Below are positions 22,386-36,689 of a stretch of 64,000 nucleotides of DNA, piece by piece. The first letter of the stretch is position 1. Each line of letters begins with the position of its first letter. Made by a program: the position numbers and the translations under genes. Source of the DNA: Euprymna scolopes (Eukaryota); NCBI GenBank assembly GCA_053919585.1, contig CM132788.1; one strand, 5' to 3'. The notes beneath the pieces were generated by a model. It was not told where the DNA came from. It worked only from the letters and a program-made list of their open reading frames with translations, and made no database searches.

Positions 22386-25300
22386 ACTATGTATGCTCCT
22401 CAACGATGTTCACTATATATGCTCCTCAACGCTGTTCACTATATATGCTCCTCAACGATGTTAACTATATATGCTCTTCAACGCTGTTCACTATATATGC
22501 TCCTCAACGCTGTTCACTATATATGCTCTTCAACGCTGTTCACTATATATGCTCTTCGACGCTATTCACTATAGATGCTCTTCGACGCAGTTCACTATAT
22601 ATGCTCTTCAGCGCTGTTACCTTTATATGCTCCTCAACGCTGTTAATTATGTATGCTCCTCAACGATGTTCACTATATATGCCCTTCGACGCTGTTCACT
22701 ATATATGCTCTTCGACGCTGTTCACTATATATGCTCCTCAACGCTGTTAACTATATATTCTCTTCGATGCTGTTCATTATATATGCTCTTTGACGATGTT
22801 CACTATGTATGCTGCTCAACGATGTTCACTATATATTCTCTTCGACGCTGTTCACTATATACGCTCTTCGACGCTGTTCACTATATATGCTCCTCAACGC
22901 TGTTCACTATGGATGATCTTCGATGCTGTTCACTATATATGCTCTTTGACGCTGCTCACTGTGTATGCTCCTTAACGATGTCCACTATATATCCTCTTCG
23001 ACGCTGTTCACTATATATGCTCTTCGACGCTGTTAAATATATATGTTCTTCAACAATTCACTACATATGGTCTTCGATGCTGTTATCTATATATTCTCTT
23101 CAACGCTGTTCACTATATATGCTTTTTGACGCTGTTAACTATACATGTTCTTCAACTATTCAATATATATGCTCTTCGACGCTGTTCACTATATATGCTC
23201 TTCGACGCTGTTCACTATATATTCTCTTCGACGCTGTTAACTATATATGCTCTTCGACGCTGTTCACTATATATGTTCTTCAACTGTTCACTATATATGC
23301 TCTTCAACGCTGTTCACTATATATGCTCTTCGACGCTGTTCACTATGTATGCTCTTCGACGCTTTTCACTATATATGTTCTTCAACTGTTCACTATATAT
23401 ACTCTTCGACGCTGTTCACTATATATGCTCTTCGACGCTGTTCACTATATATGCTCCGCAACGATGTTTACTACATATGCTCTTCGACGCTGTTCACTAT
23501 ATATGCTCTTCGACGCTGTTTACTATATATGCTCCTCAACGCTGTCCACTATGTATGCTCCTCAACGATGTTCGCTATATATGCTCTTCGACGCTGTTCA
23601 CTATGTATGCTCTTCGACGCTGTTCACTATATATGCTCCTCAACGCTATTCACTATATATTCTCTTCGATGTTGTTCACTATATATGTTGTTCGACGCTG
23701 TTCACTATATATGCTCTTCAACGTTGTTCATTATATATGCTCCTAAACGCTGTTCACTATATATTCTCTTCGATGCTGTTCACTATATATACTCTTCGAC
23801 GCTGTTCACTATGTATGGTTCTCAACGATGTTCACTATATATGCTCTTCGACGCTGTTCACTATATATGCTCTTCGACGCTGTTCACTATATATGCTCCT
23901 CAACGCTGTTCACTATATATGCTCTTCGACGCTGTTCACTATGTATGCTCTTCAACGATGTTCACTATATATGCTCTTCGACGCTGTTCACTATATATGC
24001 TCTTCGACGCTGTTAACTATATATGTTCTTCAACAGTTCACTACATATGGTCTTCGATGCTGTTCGCTATATATTTTCTTCAACGCTGTTCACTACATAT
24101 GTTTTTGACGCTGTTCACTATACATGTTTTTCAACTGTTCACTATATATGCTCTTCGACGCTTTTCACTATATATGTTCTTAAAATTTTCGTTATATATG
24201 TTCTTCAACACTGTTCACTATATATGCTCTTCGACGCTGTTCACTATATATGTTCTTCAACTGTTCAATATATATTCTTTTCAAGTGTTCACTATATATG
24301 CTCTTCAACGCTGTTCACTCTATATTCTCCTCAAGGCTGTTTACAATATATGCTCTTCGACGCTGTTTAGTATGTATGTACTTCAGCTGTTCACTATCAA
24401 TGCTTTTCGACGCTGTTCACTATACATGTTCTTCAACTGTCACTATATATGCTCTTCGATGCTGTTCACTATGTATGCTCTTCGACGCTGTCCACTATAT
24501 ATGCTCCTCAACGCTGTCCACTATGTATGCTCTTCGCCGCTGTTCACTATATATGCTCCTCAACGATGTCCACTATGTATGCTCTTCGACGCTGTTCACT
24601 ATATATGCTCCTCAACGATGTTCACTATATATGCTCTTCGCCGGTGTTCACTACATCTGCTCTTCGACGCTGTTCACTATATATTCTCTTCGATGCTGTT
24701 CACTATATATCCTCTTCGACGCTGTTCATTATATATGCTCTTTGACGCTGTTCACTATATATGCTCTTCGACGCTGTTCACTATATATGCTCTTCCACGC
24801 TGTTCACTATGTATGGTTCTCAACGATGTTCACTATATATGCTCTTCGACGCTGTTCACTATATATGCTCTTCGACGCTGTTCACTATATATGCTCCTCA
24901 ACGCTGTCCACTACGTATGCTCCTCAACGATGTTCACTATATATGCTCCTCAACGCTGTTAACTATATATTCTCTTCGATGCTGTTCACTATATATGCTC
25001 TTCGCCGCTGTTAACTATATATGTTCTTCAACAGTTCACTACATATGGTCTTCGATGCTGTTCGCTATATATTTTCTTCAACGCTGTTCACTACATATGT
25101 TTTTGACGCTGTTCACTATACATGTTTTTCAACTGTTCACTATATATGCTCTTCGACGCTGTTCACTATATATGTTCTTAAAATTTTCGTTATATATGTT
25201 CTTCAACACTGTTCACTATATATGCTCTTCGACGCTGTTCACTATATATGTTCTTCAACTGTTCAATATATATTCTTTTCAACTGTTCACTATCTATGCT

Positions 25301-28300
25301 CTTCAACGCTGTTCACTCTATATTCTCCTCAACGCTGTTTACAATATATGCTCTTCGACGCTGTTTAGTATGTATGTACTTCAGCTGTTCACTATCAATG
25401 CTTTTCGACGCTGTTCACTATACATGTTCTTCAACTGTCACTATATATGCTCTTCGATGCTGTTCACTATGTATGCTCTTCGACGCTGTCCACTATATAT
25501 GCTCCTCAACGCTGTCCACTATGTATGCTCTTCGCCGCTGTTCACTATATATGCTCCTCAACGATGTCCACTATGTATGCTCTTCGACGCTGTTCACTAT
25601 ATATGCTCCTCAACGATGTTCACTATATATGCTCTTCGCCGGTGTTCACTACATCTGCTCTTCGACGCTGTTCACTATATATTCTCTTCGATGCTGTTCA
25701 CTATATATCCTCTTCGACGCTGTTCATTATATATGCTCTTTGACGCTGTTCACTATATATGCTCTTCGACGCTGTTCACTACATATGCTCTTCCACGCTG
25801 TTAACTATGTATGGTTCTCAACGATGTTCACTATATATGCTCTTCGACGCTGTTCACTATATATGCTCTTCGATGCTGTTCACTATATATGCTCCTCAAC
25901 GCTGTTCACTATGTATGCTCTTCAGCACTGTTCACTATATATTCCCTTCGATGCTGTTCACTATATGCTCTTCAGCGCTGTTACCTTTATATGCTCCTAA
26001 ACGCTGTTCACTATGTATGCTCCTCAACGATCTTCACTATATATGCTATTCGACGTTGTTCACTACATATGCTCTTCGACGCTGTTCACTATATATGATC
26101 CTCAATGCTGTTCACTATATATTCTCTTCATGCTGTTCACTATATATGCTCTTTCACGATGTTCACTATGTATGCTGCTCAACGATGTTCACTATATATT
26201 CTCTTCGACGCTGTTCACTATATATGCTTTTCGACGCTGTTCACTATATATGCTCCTCAACGCTGTTCACTAGGGATGATTTTCGATGCTGTTCACTATA
26301 TATGCTCTCCGACGCTGCTCACTATGTATGCTCTTTAACGATGTTAACTATATATGCTCTTCGACGCTGTTAACTATATATGTTCTTTAACAATTCACTA
26401 CATATAGTCTTCGATGCTGTTCACTATATATTCTCTTCAACGCTGTTCACTATATATGCTTTTTGTACGCTGTTAACTCTACATGTTCTTCAACTATTCA
26501 ATATATATGCCCTTCGACGCTGTTCACTATATGTGCTCTTCGACGCTGTTCACTATATATGCTCTTCGACGCTGTTCACTATATATGTTCTTCAACGCTG
26601 TTAACTATATATGCTCTTCAATGCTGTTCACTATATATGCTCTTCGACGCTGGTCACTATATATGCTCTTCGACGCTTTTCACTATATATGTTCTTCAAC
26701 TGTTCACTATATATGCTCTTTGACGCTGTTCACTATATATGCTCTTCGACGCTGTTCACTATATATGCTCCTCAACGATGTTCTCTACATATGCTCTTCG
26801 ACGCTGTTCACTATATATGCTATTCAACGCTGTTCACTATATATGCTCCTCAACGCTGTCCACTATGTATGCTCCTCAACGATGTTCACTATATATGCTC
26901 TTCGACGCTGTTCACTATATATGCTCTTCGATTCTGTTCACTATATATGCTCCTCAACGCTATTCACTATATATTCTCTTCGATGTTGTTCACTATATAT
27001 GTTGTTCGACACTGTTCACTATATATACTCTTCGACGCTGTTCATTATATATGCTCCTAAACGCTGTTCACTATATATTCTCTTTGATGCTGTTCACTAT
27101 ATATACTCTTCAACGCTGTTCACTATGTATGGTTCTCAACGATGTTCACTATATATGCTCTTCGACGCTGTGCACTATATATGCTCTTCGACGCTGCTCA
27201 CTATATATGCTCCTCAACGCTGTTCACCATATATGCTCTTCGACGCTGCTCACTATATATGCTCCTCAACGCTGTTCACTATATATGCTCTTCGACGCTG
27301 CTCACTATATATGCTCCTCAACGCTGTTCACTATATATGCTCTTCGACGCTGTTCACTATGTATGCTCTTCAACGATTTTCACTATATATGCTCTTCGAC
27401 GCTGTTCACTATATATGCTCTTCGACGCTGTTCACTATATATGCTCTTCGACGCTGTTAACTATATATATCTTCAACAGTTCAGTACATATGGTTTTCGA
27501 TGCTGTTCGCTATATATTTTCTTCAACGCTTTTCACTACATATGCTTTTTGACGCTGTTCACTATACATGTTCTTCAACTGTTCACTATATATGCTCTTC
27601 GACGCTGTTAACTATATATGTTCTTAAAATTTTCGTTATATATGCTCTTCAACACTGTTCACAACATATGTTCTTCAACTGTTCACTATATATGCTCTTT
27701 GATACTGTTCACTATATAATGCTCTTCGACGCTGTTCACAATATATGTTCTTCAACTGTTCACTATATATGCTCTTCAACTGTTCACTATATATGCTCTT
27801 CAACGCTGTTCACTCTATATTCTCCTCAACGCTGTTTACTATATATGCTCTTCGACGCTGTTCAGCATGTATGTACTTCAACTGTTCATTATCAATGCTT
27901 TTCGACGCTGTTCACTATACATTTTCTTCAACTGTTCACTATATATGCTCTATGATGCTGTTCACTATATATGCTCTTCGACGCTGTTCACTATATATGC
28001 TCCTTAATGCTGTCCACTATGTATGCTCCTCAACGATGTTCACTATATATTGCCGCCGTTCACTATATATGCTCTTCGACGCTGTTCACTATATATGCTC
28101 CTCAACGCTTTTCACTATATATTCTCTTCGATGCTGTTCACTATATATGCTCTTCGACGCTGTTCACTATGTATGGTTCTCAAAGATGTTCACTATATAT
28201 TCTCTTCGACGCTGTTCACTATATATCCTCTTCGACGCTGTTCACTATATATGCTCCTCAACGCTGTTCACTATGTATGGTTCTCAACGATGTTCACTAT

Positions 28301-30072
28301 ATATGCTCTTCGACGCTGTGCACTATATATGCTCTTCGACGCTGTTCACTATATATGCTCCTCAACGCTGTTCACAATATATGCTCTTCGATGCTGTTCA
28401 CTACATATGCTCTTCGACGCTGTTCACTATATATGCCCGTCGACACTGTTCACTATATATGCTCTTCGACGCGGTTCACTATGTATGCTCGTCGACACTG
28501 TTCACTGTATATGCTCTTCGACGCTGTTTACTCTATATTCTCCGCAACGCTCCGCTATACATTTAGTTACAAAATACGCGAATGTTTGTTTAACATTTCG
28601 TTTATAAGGAGACGATCAAGGGCAAATGCCGACATCCAACAAAAGGATTAGAGCCGTTTCTTATGTTTCTGTGTAGAAGTCAATCAAAAAGAAGCATTCT
28701 AGTCGGCGTAAAACGCACTCCATCTGCTTATTTTGCCCTTCTTCAGTTTAAGCAACGTACTGAAATAATATCGTTCTTATTTAGAAAAAAAATATATTCT
28801 TAACATGGTCAGGGAATCTTTATTTCACCAGAATATTCACTAAACATAAAAGATACCGCAAAAATTGAATTTAACTTTAAAATCCTATCTAAAAATGGGC
28901 ACGGTTTGTAAAATGGCCAAAATACTATTTATTATTACTAGCAAGCCTTCCGCGGTGGTTCATCAAACACGCATAAATATTAGATTATAATTCATATAAA
29001 AACTTAGACATGTACATGCGAGTATTATGTTTTTTCTAAACAGTTTACTTCTTGTAAGTAAAAAAATATTTAAGCTGGGATCAAAACAAAAACTTAAAGA
29101 TAGTGAATCAAGTACAATAACCATTAAGTCAGCTTGAAATGATCTTTAAAAAGTGTTTCACACCTACTTATTCTAAACATAATGAAGCTGTCATTTGAAC
29201 CATTCATGCATGCGCATTCGTTAAACAGTTGACACGCAGATAAAAATTCGATGATCCTCACGGACCAATTCTTCAATTTTGATTCCTTAGCAGTCCTTTG
29301 TCTCGGATGAAAATCGATTACAAGTTGTCCACATGTCTGAATACTCTATAAACCAAATTTCAAGTCTACGGATCAAAAATTCGTTCAGTATATAGATTGA
29401 GAAGTATCCTCACGCACACACACGTTCTCACTTTTATAGATATACAAGCAGTTCAGCCCGGCTTTACTTGGGACCTATGCACTGTACATAACTTTATGTG
29501 TATATGTATGTATATATATATATTAAAAACTTTGACTCATGTCCAGGTAACATACATCTAAAATTTCAAGTGTTTAAACCCAAAATTGGCAGAGGAGTTT
29601 GATAGAGTCTGGAAAGGCCAACTTTTTCAACTTTAACTTTTGGACAAGCAAATTTTCGGCCAAGAACCGATCAAAAAGCTTGCCCTATGTTTGAATACAC
29701 TTTATGTAAAATTTCAAATGTGTAAACCAAAATTGGCTGAGTAATTTGGTAGATACCGCAGAGGTCAATTTTTTGTAACTTTGACCCCAATTTTGACCCC
29801 CTGAACATTTATTGTATTGAACTCAAATCAAATTAAAATGTTTGATCTATGTCCAGGTAACCTACATATAAAATTTTAAGTGTTTAGACGCAAAATTGAC
29901 GGAGGAGTTTGGTAGGGTTTTCAAAGATCAAATCTTTTATCTTTGACCCTTGACAGCCAAATTTCTAGCCGAAAACCGATCAAGAAATGTTCCCAAATCT
30001 CAATAGCCTTTATGTCAAATCTCGAGTCAGTAGACTGAAAATTTACAATAGTTTGGTAGGGATTTGTGTACA

Positions 30073-30125
<53 letters not shown>

Positions 30126-30229
30126 CAATTTCACTTATATAGATATACTAGCTAGGCCGCCCAGCGTTGCTCGGGACCGTATTAGACTATAAGAAAAAGG
30201 GTTTTTTATGTCTATGTATTATTTTTCAT

Positions 30230-33200
30230 TGTTACATAATCCTAAAAACAGATTATGTGTTTTAAAAACGACGAATGCATCTAGCCTTTTCCTTTTTGTT
30301 GTGTTTATTGTCGCCGAAGCAAAAGGAGGGAAAGGGAGAGTGTAGAAAAAAGAGAGAGGAGGAAAGAGTTCAATAAACGTTCAACAGATATTAACATCTC
30401 TCACCCCTTCAGCATGAGTGCGAGTTGACAGGTCATCCGGTTAACGCACCGTTTGATCCCATTTGGTTCAGAGTTTATTAGCGCCAAAAAGTGAACAAAG
30501 GGAAAAGGAAGGACAAGCGAAATATGGATGGAGACGGAGAAGAGAGAGAGAGGGGGAGAGAGAGAAAGGGGAAGATGAAAAACAAAGAACATTCTTTTTT
30601 TATAGACACTTCTGAAAAACTTTCTTGTCGAACAGACGATGAAACACTGCGTTTAGTTATCGTTGAGAATGGGCGTAAGCCACGGATAAGTGCGGACACT
30701 CATCGATTTAAAACCAAACACCCAAAATGAAAAAAAAGAAAGGAACCCTAAAACAACAGATTGCCGGAGAAGCCTCACATGAGAAACAAATATGAACTAT
30801 AAGTCCTCTCTACATATATCCCTCTTCGTGCGACGTATCGGCGACTCGTTTATTTTTCCTTTTCTTTTTAATGTTTTTCATTGATGTATTTTCCGTCAGT
30901 ATTTTTGGACACTAGCAAAAGACCTTCCCAACCTCGTGCTTTGTTTTTCTTTTGTTGTTTTATTAAATTCTTTTGTAATAAAATTAATTTAAAATTTAAG
31001 ACCGCGTTTTCCTCCGTTCTCTCTCACTGTGTTTTGTGCATATTTTATTTTATTACATTAGTCTGAGAAAGGTGTTCCCCTCCCCTCTTGTTCGATATAC
31101 CGCATGCGTACCAACCCGAGAACCAAAACTTATTTTCCTTTTTTTTTTTTTTTTTCGTTTTGTTACGTAATCCTCTTTCGTCGTTCCCAACAGAGGGGCA
31201 TTCGTAACATAAATGGGGGCTCTCTCGTCCGGGAATTTAACTTTTTCTCTGGACAACCAGTGAGACAGACGAGCACACGTGTGAGACAGCGAAGGCTGTA
31301 GATTCAGAATGAGTGGAGTAGATGCAGTTTTGGAGACTCTCACGTTCGAGGGATTATGTAAATTGAGAAAGAACGATATTCTTGCGGTAGGAAGACAATA
31401 TAACCTAGATGTTAGACCCGCCAGTAGAAAATACCAACTTGTTAGGTCCGTGATTAAATACCTGGTAGATAAAAATTTAGTCGACGAAGTCGTTTTAGAA
31501 GCTTTAGAAGACAAACCACTAGAGTACAACGAGAATATTAAACGACAGATAGAGGCCGAAATAAAGGCACAACTAGAAACATTAAGGTCGAGACTTAGGC
31601 AAGCGAATTCTACCGAGAAAATAGATGAAATAGCAAGAGAATTCAAGATAGATATTAATAGAATTTAAAACAAAATATATAGCAGTTCAGCGTTCAACTG
31701 GCTTCCCCTTTAAATTGAAAGAATCAGGATAGAAAACCACAGAGCTTTTCCTCCACGCCAGACATTAGTCCTCACGCAGATAGAGGCATTGTGGTAAAAG
31801 AAAATTTTGAAAATGTACCGCCCGAAAAAGAGCCAGACGTAGATAGCGCTAAGGACAGTGACACCTCACGAAAATTGACCGTTAGGGGACGGTGGGGGCA
31901 GGACGGAATTATACGTGATTCTGTTGACCCGACGAACAAAATACAGACGACTGAACAAACAAGCGATAGCGTGATTATTATAATAGATAGTGAAGACAAT
32001 TCTGGTACTAAGGGTAGTGAGAATACGGGAATGTTGGGAGGAAGTCACAAATTCCATGTCGTGGTTGTATGGTCGGGAATCATGATAAACTCTACATTGA
32101 GGATGAAAAACAAATAGTTCGGGCGAATGACCGAGAGAAGCAACAGTGAATGACCTCTGCTAGTATCGCTACGACTACTATAGCTGCTGCCAGTGATATT
32201 GTTAGTACGGCGATTACTACTAACATGGCCACAGTCATGGCTGATGCTATGTCTGCTGGAAATTGGAAGCGACCATATTCTCAGAGATGTATAGAGCAGC
32301 CTTTCGGTAGAGAGTTAACTGATGTTTTAGTCGAGAGAGATTTAAGTGACGATGAGAACCATGATGGCGGGGACGGCGACAATAATGACGACAATGGCGA
32401 TGAACATGAAGGTGATAAAAATACACTAAACAACGAAAGTAGCGATAACGGTACTTGTGAGAATGAATCATATGACAAAGATAAAGTATATGGCGAAGAC
32501 GATACGTATTTTCAGAGTAAACCAAAAGAAAATGACGAGCACAGTGTCAGTTGTGAGAATAAATTCAGAAGTTATAATTTACGACCACATGAAGATTTGG
32601 GAAAATGCCTTCCGTCAGATGAACCTTTGAAGACCATCCTATTTTATTTATCGTTTCGCAAGGTAGTAAATAATATCTTTCAATGGATAATGAAAGCCAC
32701 AAGAATACCTGTGATAATTGCCTGCGCCGCTTGCCCGAGACTATGTAAAATAGTCTCACATGTGAGCTTATTACATTGTTTTGGTGGGGATATGTTACAT
32801 AATCCTAAAATATATTATGTGGTTTAAAAAACAACTTTACATTTTGACTTATTTTGGCCGACGAGGAATGCATCTAGCCTTTTCTTTTTGTTGTACTTAA
32901 ATTGTCGCCGAAGCAAAAGGAGAGAAAAAGAGAAGAGAAAGGAAGAAAGAGTTGAATAAAATTTTTAACAGATATTAACACCACCCACCCCTTCAGCATG
33001 AGTGCGAGTTGATAGGTCATCCGGTCAACGCACTTTCTGACCCCATTTGGTTCCGAGTTTCTTAGCGCCAAAAAGTGAACAAAAGGGAAAGGAAGGAATG
33101 GATGAAGACGGAGAAGAGAGAGAGAGCGAAAGGGGAAAGATGAAAAACAAAGAACATTTTTAGAGACACTTCTGAAAAACTTTCTTGTTGAACAGACGAT

Positions 33201-33805
33201 GAAACCCTGCGGTTGGTTATCATTGAGAATGGGCGTAAGCCACAGATGAGTGCGGACACTCATCGATTTAAAACCAAACACCCAAAATGAAAAAAAGAAA
33301 GGAACCCTAAAACAACAGACTGACGAAGAAGCCTCACATAAGAAACAAATATGAACTGTAAGTCCTCTTTCTATATATATCCCTCTTCATGCGACGTATC
33401 GGCGACTCGTTTATTTTGCCATTTTTTTTATATTGTTTTATAATGACGTATTTTCCGTCGGCATTTTTCGAAATTAGCATAAGACCCCCCCCCCCCATCC
33501 TCATGATTTGTTTTTCTTTTGTCCTTTGATTAAATCCTTCTTTCACTCTACCTCGCTTATCATCAGTCATTATTTTGTTTGTAATAAAATTAATTTAAAA
33601 TTTAAGACCGCGTTTTCCTCCGTTCTCTCTCACTGTGTTCTGTGCATATTTTATTTCACTGGTCTGAGAAAGGTGTTCCCTTCCCCTCTTGTTCGATATA
33701 CCGCATGCGTACGAACCCGAGAACCAAAACGTATTTTCCTTTTTATTTTTTCGTTTTGTTACCTAATCCTCCTTCGTCGTTCCCAACAGAGGGGCATTCG
33801 TAACA
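30230..33805 (+). mobile_element. Non-autonomous Gypsy-type LTR retrotransposon (LTRs 30230-31209 and 32793-33805)
   Basis: Two ~1-kb direct repeats with TGTTAC...GTAACA ends; PBS TGGGGGCTC(TCTC)GTCCGGGA complementary to tRNA-Pro (31214-31234); purine tract GGTGGGGA before the 3' LTR; no pol. TSD not intact. Confidence 0.88.
31309..31668 (+). CDS. Gag N-terminal-like ORF (119 aa) of the LTR element
   Basis: Lies ~75 nt after the PBS. LCKLRKNDILAVGRQYNL...KYQLVRSVIKYLV followed by a coiled coil resembles the gag N-terminus of tRNA-Pro-primed (Gmr1-like) Gypsy elements. Confidence 0.6.
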   Translation: MSGVDAVLETLTFEGLCKLRKNDILAVGRQYNLDVRPASRKYQLVRSVIKYLVDKNLVDEVVLEALEDKPLEYNENIKRQIEAEIKAQLETLRSRLRQANSTEKIDEIAREFKIDINRI

Positions 33806-35532
33806 CTATCTTGAGCAAAAGAATATTTTACCTATCCTATGACGGGTAATATATTATGAAATAATTGTACCTTCCCTAGGACAGGAAATTCACAGCATGA
33901 TATGGAAAAAAAATTTCCCTACCTTGGGCGAGTAATGTACAACACATATTTAAAATAATTTACATAATTTTCTGTTGTGACAACTTTTCTGTATGTCACA
34001 AAGAAGAGTTTGTTTTTACATCAGAGTGCTATAGTGAAGAAGCACCTTATTTCTCATTTAAATTCATACTTCATGAATATATTACATGATTTTCGGTTTT
34101 AACAACTTTTATGCACGTCACAGGCACGCACATAGAGACAATTTCACTTTTATAGATATACTAGCAGGGGTGCCCGGCGTTGCTCGGGTGTTTGGAGGTG
34201 TATGCTGTGCAAAAAAAGCAAAAAAACAAAAAAATGGTTAATTTTTTAAAATTTGACCCCTATTATGACCCCTTAAAATTTATAGTTTCGGGCTCAAATC
34301 ACTTTATTAAGTTAGATCCAGGTTCAAGGAACCTATATCTAAAAGTTCAAGTGTCTAGACCCAAAATTGTCGGAGGAGTTTGGTAGAGTTCTTAAAGGTC
34401 AAATCGTTGAAATTTGACCCTTTAACAGCCAAATTTCTGGCTGACACCCATCACATCGATTTTCACAAATCTCAGTACCCGGTATTTCAAATTTCGAGTC
34501 TATAGACTAAAAATTGACAGATTTATTGCGTAGGGAAATGTACACAGACAGACATACAGACAGACAGACACGTTCACTTTTATAGATATATAGAAAAATA
34601 GATTAGGCCTTAATTGCGAAGCATTTTTATTATATTGGTGGCAAATGCGTACAATTGGTCATTGCGTATTGCTTGCATTGAAGAAATTACTAAAGAAATT
34701 GGATTACTAATTTGCATAATGATTGTAAACATTACGTTCTGATAAATAATTGTCTGGTATTATTGATTTTGAACTGTTTAATTTTCCTTAACATATGCAA
34801 CAGTTTTATGTATCTGTGTTAACTAATGGGATATTAAGAAAAAATGTGAATTCATAAATACACGCGGAGATTGTATATCTAAGTATATTGGAGATTGTGT
34901 GCGTTATAGTGTAATGTTGATCTTCCCTATTTCAGAAATAAGTGGACTATTTCAACTACTATATATAGTTACGGCGAAGTGTCGTGGGGGGGGCAGGTAT
35001 AGTATCGGACGCAGGGTTTATATGAATACAATCTTGTGACTATACCACGGTATGGTATTAATTATTAGCGACCAGTCAATGTCAAAACATCCCAGATTTC
35101 CAGTCCGCTTTACCTCTCGATAACTTTTGAAAATCATTTTAAGTTATCACAACAGCCATCAACCATTAGTTACTTGCTAATAACGATCGCCGGTTTTTTT
35201 TCTAGAATTTGAGTTGCAATAAGTCTCTCAAAAACAAACATTATACATAGTTACGGTGAAGTGTCGTGCCAGCAATGGACTCGGTTATTGGAGACAGTCA
35301 TGGCCACAGTATCGGACGCAGACTTTCTGTAACATTCACTGCTTCTATAAAAACGCACGTGTAAATATACTCCAGTTTTGTTTTAATCGCAATTAGCCTT
35401 TTAAGGTCACAGAACTATCTACAATGGAACTTGCCTCACTAATCATGTTACGATTCCATGTTGCTTTTTTTAATCTTTTATTTCAGATAATTTAATTAAA
35501 TATTTAATCATCAAGAAATAATATGCTTGTAC

Positions 35533-36068
35533 TATTTGGATTATCTTAAGCTTTATTCGCACAACGTTTCGGCTGATAAAATCTCCAAACTTCTTCGGGT
35601 GTATCTCGTTGAACTCGGGAATCTTTGTTGAATTCGAAAATTTGCACGAAATTTCGGACGAAACCTTTTATTTAATCTACGTGGGAAGCTTGCTTTCGTT
35701 ATATCAACCATGATCGGGTACAAATCTTAAGCAATTCGTAATTGCATTTCTTGTATCGCTCGCACTGAGGATTAAACCTTTAAAGAGAATGTCACTTAAA
35801 ACTGAAATTACTTAGTACGTCATCCATTACACTTTCTGTAGGTTAAAGGTTCAATCCTTAGTGTAGGCGACGCTAAAAATATAATTGCGAATTACTTACA
35901 ACTTCTACCTGGCCATCGCTAACGGAACAAAAGTAGAACACTCGTGAATTAAATAATAGTCAGGAATTCCAAGTCCACAATATACACCAGAAGAAAGTCG
36001 GAGGTTACATCGGACAAAATATTGTGCGAATAACAGTCTAGATAAGACTAGTCATCCAAATAATCCAG
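35533..36068. mobile_element. Second full palindromic Penelope-like-ended element
   Basis: Left ttattcgcacaacgtttcggctgat...ttcttcgggtgtat is mirrored by right atacaccagaagaaag...catcggac...ttgtgcgaataa. Confidence 0.55.
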
Positions 36069-36689
36069 AAACTACAAATTATCAAATCTCATCTAAACAA
36101 AATCAGTTTTTAGGCACGTCTGAATAAAATATGATTAAACAGTAATGATCTACCTCCTTCCACCTCATCCGCCCTATTGGTTAGACTTGAAAAACAGACG
36201 GTCAAAGACGAATAAACCTTTTCTTGTCTTCAACCTTTTGTCCCTGGTTGGCATCTATTTTCGGCATATTTCAAATTTGTTTTCAGGTGGAGTTTCTTTG
36301 GTTGGGCAAGAGGAACGAATGACCAGCAAGACATGTTATGAAAGTTCATATATTTTAAATGATGGTGACAACTTATTATTTACACCTCATATTATTATTA
36401 TATATGGCAATTGGATACGCTGCTGGCTTAGAAAGAGTGGAACAGGCTCGAGGCCTTTGCACGAATAGTGGCGATGCATAGGCGCTCGTACAGCTAAATC
36501 GACTCACGCCATTAAACAACCGCTGATATATCTGTTTCATTTAAATATAAAATGATCCACTTTTATATTCGACAAAAACAGCGTAGATTAAATAACATGA
36601 CTAATTAATATATTGATTTTTTTAACTGATTTCAATACAGAAAAGCTATAGGCATTATAAATTTGTTTCTTTGCTTTAACACATAGCTC

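Larger units (their letters stand above)
20143..28560 (+). repeat. 26-bp satellite/minisatellite (CTATATATGCTCTTCGACGCTGTTCA)n, interrupted by a LINE at 20492-22385
   Basis: Direct reading of over two hundred units with 24-bp variants and internal higher-order duplications. Confidence 0.97.
28938..34594 (-). mobile_element. Head-to-tail stack of four non-autonomous Helitron-like units (28938-29440, 29445-30143, 30148-34156 interrupted by LTR element, 34161-34594)
   Basis: Each unit has a 5' TCTATAAAAGTGA-type start and ends in CTAG (CAAG in one unit) on the minus strand. Most units show a 3' GC-rich hairpin (CCCGGGCAACGCCGGG-like) and a CA/GACA microsatellite near the 5' end. Confidence 0.75.

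Noticed and set aside
20143-28560. CRISPR-like array
   Set aside because: The repeats are contiguous without unique spacers, the context is eukaryotic and there are no cas genes.
22373-28651. Long ORFs (up to 571 aa) of MLFDAVHYICSSTLFTIYALRRCSLY repeats
   Set aside because: They are products of a stop-free 26-bp satellite read in all three frames; there is no coding evidence.
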